From the NCBI GenBank assembly GCA_000934665.2, contig JYFJ02000949.1, positions 1 through 64,000 on the forward strand: 64,000 nt of DNA, written 5' to 3'. The translations under genes and the position numbers were made by a program. Shown piece by piece: positions 61,093 to 64,000 of this stretch. Every line of letters begins with the position of its first letter. The first letter of the stretch is position 1. The notes beneath the pieces are model-generated. The model made no database searches and was not told where the DNA came from. It worked only from the letters and a program-made list of their open reading frames with translations. The DNA comes from Catajapyx aquilonaris (lineage: Eukaryota).

Positions 61093-62427
61093 ATGTCTGA
61101 CGCGGAAGGGTGAGAACAACACCATTAATATTCTTATTAATAATTAATATTAAATAAAATATGTTGGGCATTATGTGCAGAGAGTAGTTGCAGGTACATG
61201 ATGCGTAAGTTAAAAGGTAGTTCCTGCGCAATGTTTGGATTAGTCATTGAAATTACAGCTACTGATTAATTTTTTCTGGCACATTAGTTGTAAAAATATG
61301 GAATGTTTTTTTTGGTACACGTTGAATGAATGGTCACCTGTGATGACGTAACAGAAGTAGGGCTCCCTCTGCTGAGGACATACCCGTTACCACAAAATAA
61401 TGCGGAAAATATCCTACTTGCTGAGGTGACCTGATGCGCTTTTTTTTAAGCGGTTGCGATTGCATGCTCTTTGCGGGGCAGTATTTAATCCCGTGCTACT
61501 TTTGCAGAGATGAGGTTCCCACCGGAGCAGCAGGCGGTCCTATGGACATCAACACGGCTCTGCAGGAGGTGTTGAAGATGGCCCTCATCCACGACGGACT
61601 GGCTCGGGGACTCAGGGAGGCCGCAAAAGTGCTTGACAAGTACGTGCACCTTTTCATGGCATTTTCAGTAACTGGGTCTGGCCAGAATTCGATCAGCACG
61701 AGTCCATTTATGATGTGATTTGCATTTGAATCAAGACATTGATATTCGCAATTTTAAATTGGCGATATAGTAGCTAAATATTTGCAATAATAGCTTTCGC
61801 TTGCCTCTTGCTTTCTAATGGATGGTGGGAAGAACTTGCTAGTTACAACACGTGCCATTTACAGGAGACAAGCGCTTCTGTGCGTCCTGGCTGAGAACTG
61901 CGAGGAGCCCATGTACAAGAAGCTGGTACAAGCCCTGTGCAACGAGCACCAGATCCCACTCATCAAGGTCGATAACAACAAGAAGCTTGGGGAGTGGTCT
62001 GGTCTTTGTAAGATCGACAAGGAAGGGAAGGCCAGGAAAGTGGTCGGATGCTCCTGTGTCGTCGTCAGGGTGAGTAGGGGCCGTGGTTCGAAGGGGAAAA
62101 GCTCAAGTGGGTCGGAACATGAGGAATTCAACACCGATGATGACTGAATATAAGTAGGGCTCCCTCTGCCGAGGACATACCCGTTACCACAAAATCGTGT
62201 GGAAAACATCCTACTTGCTGAGGTGATGATTCCAGTACTATAATGCGGCTATTTTAGCAATGTTCTGGTCGGGTGAATTCAAATGTAAAGGGCGTACTCT
62301 TGAGCGAACAAAACCATCCGTAATCACATGTAAATATAGCGTGTGCCTTCTCTTCTTTCAGGACTGGGGGCAGGAGACCCAAGCACATGACGTGATGCAG
62401 GACTACCTCAAGCAGCGAAGTCATTGA
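61093..62427 (+). CDS. RPS12: 40S ribosomal protein S12 (4 coding exons, probable non-coding exon ending 60888)
   Basis: Exons 61093-61109, 61508-61639, 61865-62068, 62362-62427: [74 protein letters not shown]. Confidence 0.98.
61332..61431 (+). ncRNA. Box C/D snoRNA, SNORD100-like, copy 1
   Basis: Terminal stem GGTCACC/GGTGACC, C box TGATGA 61341, guide GGCTCCCTCT before D' CTGA 61372, D box CTGA 61421; intronic in RpS12. Confidence 0.88.
62132..62225 (+). ncRNA. Box C/D snoRNA, SNORD100-like, copy 2
   Basis: Close paralog of copy 1; stem CACC/GGTG, C box ATGATGA 62137, same guide with D' CCGA, D box CTGA 62218. Confidence 0.85.
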
Positions 62428-62874
62428 GAGCCTGCTGCATAAATGACTAATAAAAAGTTGAAATGAAAACATTAAGTTTCACTCTTGCTTTTCTGACGCC
62501 AGCAGACATTCTTCACTCTGGAATTTCTGAGATTCCACAGAGAGTGTCTTTGTTGGCGGACATTTAATCGCTCTGTTGTCGCCACTCGGTATGTGAGAAA
62601 TGCGATGCTGTTTTCCATTCTTCGTAAACAATGAAGATGAGTTGCGCATGTCGTTAACCTGCGTTTACATGCCAGCGATTTGTCGAGCAATAACATGCCA
62701 AGTAACTGGTATTTGTTAAGAGGTCAAAATTGATTGTTACTTTCACCTCAAACGATTCTGGTTACTCAGCGATGTTATCGCTCGTCAAATAGTTCACATG
62801 TAAACACGGCCGTAGTGATACGCATGTCTGAAGTTTGCTGTGAAAGTTTATTCTGATTTGGTCTGCTATCGATT

Positions 62875-64000
62875 TTAACAATGAGCAAGTGACTTGAAGC
62901 TAACAATAATGACAGGCAGGCACAGCAGCACTATCCTGTTAAGCTTGAAAGTCGCTGCACCATTCTCGCCGCCGGCGCCACTGCTCTCTTTGCCTGTGCC
63001 GCACAGCCCTGGAAACTGTTTGGAGCACTTGCTGTACTCCGAAGGACAGGCAGAACAAGCCTTTCCAACCTGCAACATTCCTCAACGTCACTTTCACTGG
63101 GAATGTGCCATACAAATCGATAGTTACCTTGTACAGAGGCTTGTTCTTGAAGTTTCCTGCCGGCCCGTAGTCACATGCAGAGAGAATGGCGTTCATGGAT
63201 CCGTCCTTGTAGGTGACCATACCGCAGCCCAGCTCACGTGAAGTTGCCCACAGCAGCTGGGTGTAGTGTCCAACCTGAGGGGTCATCTTCCCTCTGCAAA
63301 TAATTGTCACATGAAAATTACATTGAAAGGTCAACAACTCACGGATGTATATACTTACGGGAAGTTCGCGGCTCCCGTTTTGGGGAAGTCCACAACTTCG
63401 ACGTACCACTCGTGCACGATGTCAGTCCAGTTGGCCGCAACCACCCTGGAGTTCTTTGATATGTGCAAGTTCTGTCCCACACGATATTTGTCTGTTTTTG
63501 AAGGAATTGGGAATAAGTAATCGGTCTAATTACAACGGCACGGCAAGGTACCTGTGTCTCGTTTCGTATCATGTGCGAACGTGCACTGGTCGGCCCAGCG
63601 CTGAGCAATGTTGGCCAGCTCACTGCTCCACACCTACAGGTATTTTCATGAGCAAATTATTCGTCGCCCCCAAATTATTATGCCCATGCCATACCATCTG
63701 CACCATGTCTGCAGCAGCTGGCTGCGGTCCACCACCCTTGCCCCTCTTCTCCTTTCCATTTGCAACAATGGCCCTGTAGTGATTGTGAGCCCACAGGGCG
63801 GCATCCTTCTCCGCCGTGGACATGCCGGACTTCACACCGCCTTTGGGTCCACACGCTGAACCTAAACCCTGAGGAAGACAATAACAGTTTGTTGGACAGT
63901 TAATGGAATTTCCCAAATTGCAAGTCTGCTGTGTACTTATTGTGGCCATCAATTGAACTCACTTTGAATTTGCACATGGTGTGGTCAGCCCCGATCTTGC
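62875..64000 (-). CDS. CAP/SCP (venom allergen 5-like) protein, 5' end outside window
   Basis: [57 protein letters not shown]....[12 protein letters not shown]....[10 protein letters not shown]; hydrophobic tail. Confidence 0.93.

Noticed and set aside
61195..61270. Possible extra C/D snoRNA in RpS12 intron (ATGATGC..CTGA)
   Set aside because: Degenerate C box, no clear terminal stem or guide.

Overview
Eukaryotic (animal, probably arthropod) genomic DNA with compact, short-intron genes; most ORF-track entries are exon fragments or noise. Gene order: three tandem divergent tetraspanins (+), SCYL3-like pseudokinase (-), ADAM10/17-like protein lacking its zinc ligands (+), TMEM234 (-) with an intronic non-autonomous Helitron, VPS28 (+), an ~18 kb SLC6 monoamine (octopamine-type) transporter gene (+) with repeat-rich introns, a secreted Tyr-rich repeat protein (-), a ~4 kb patch of intron-containing pieces of three unrelated genes (PIAS/Su(var)2-10, fucose kinase, importin-alpha), anillin (+), NPEPL1 (-), ZMYND10 (+), a single-exon MATH-BTB gene (+) behind an apparent copy of the RpS12 promoter, RpS12 (+) with two intronic SNORD100-like C/D snoRNAs, and a 5'-truncated CAP/antigen-5 gene (-). 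All identities come from manual splicing, translation and remembered family motifs, not database searches; boundaries were counted by hand and may be off by a few bases.
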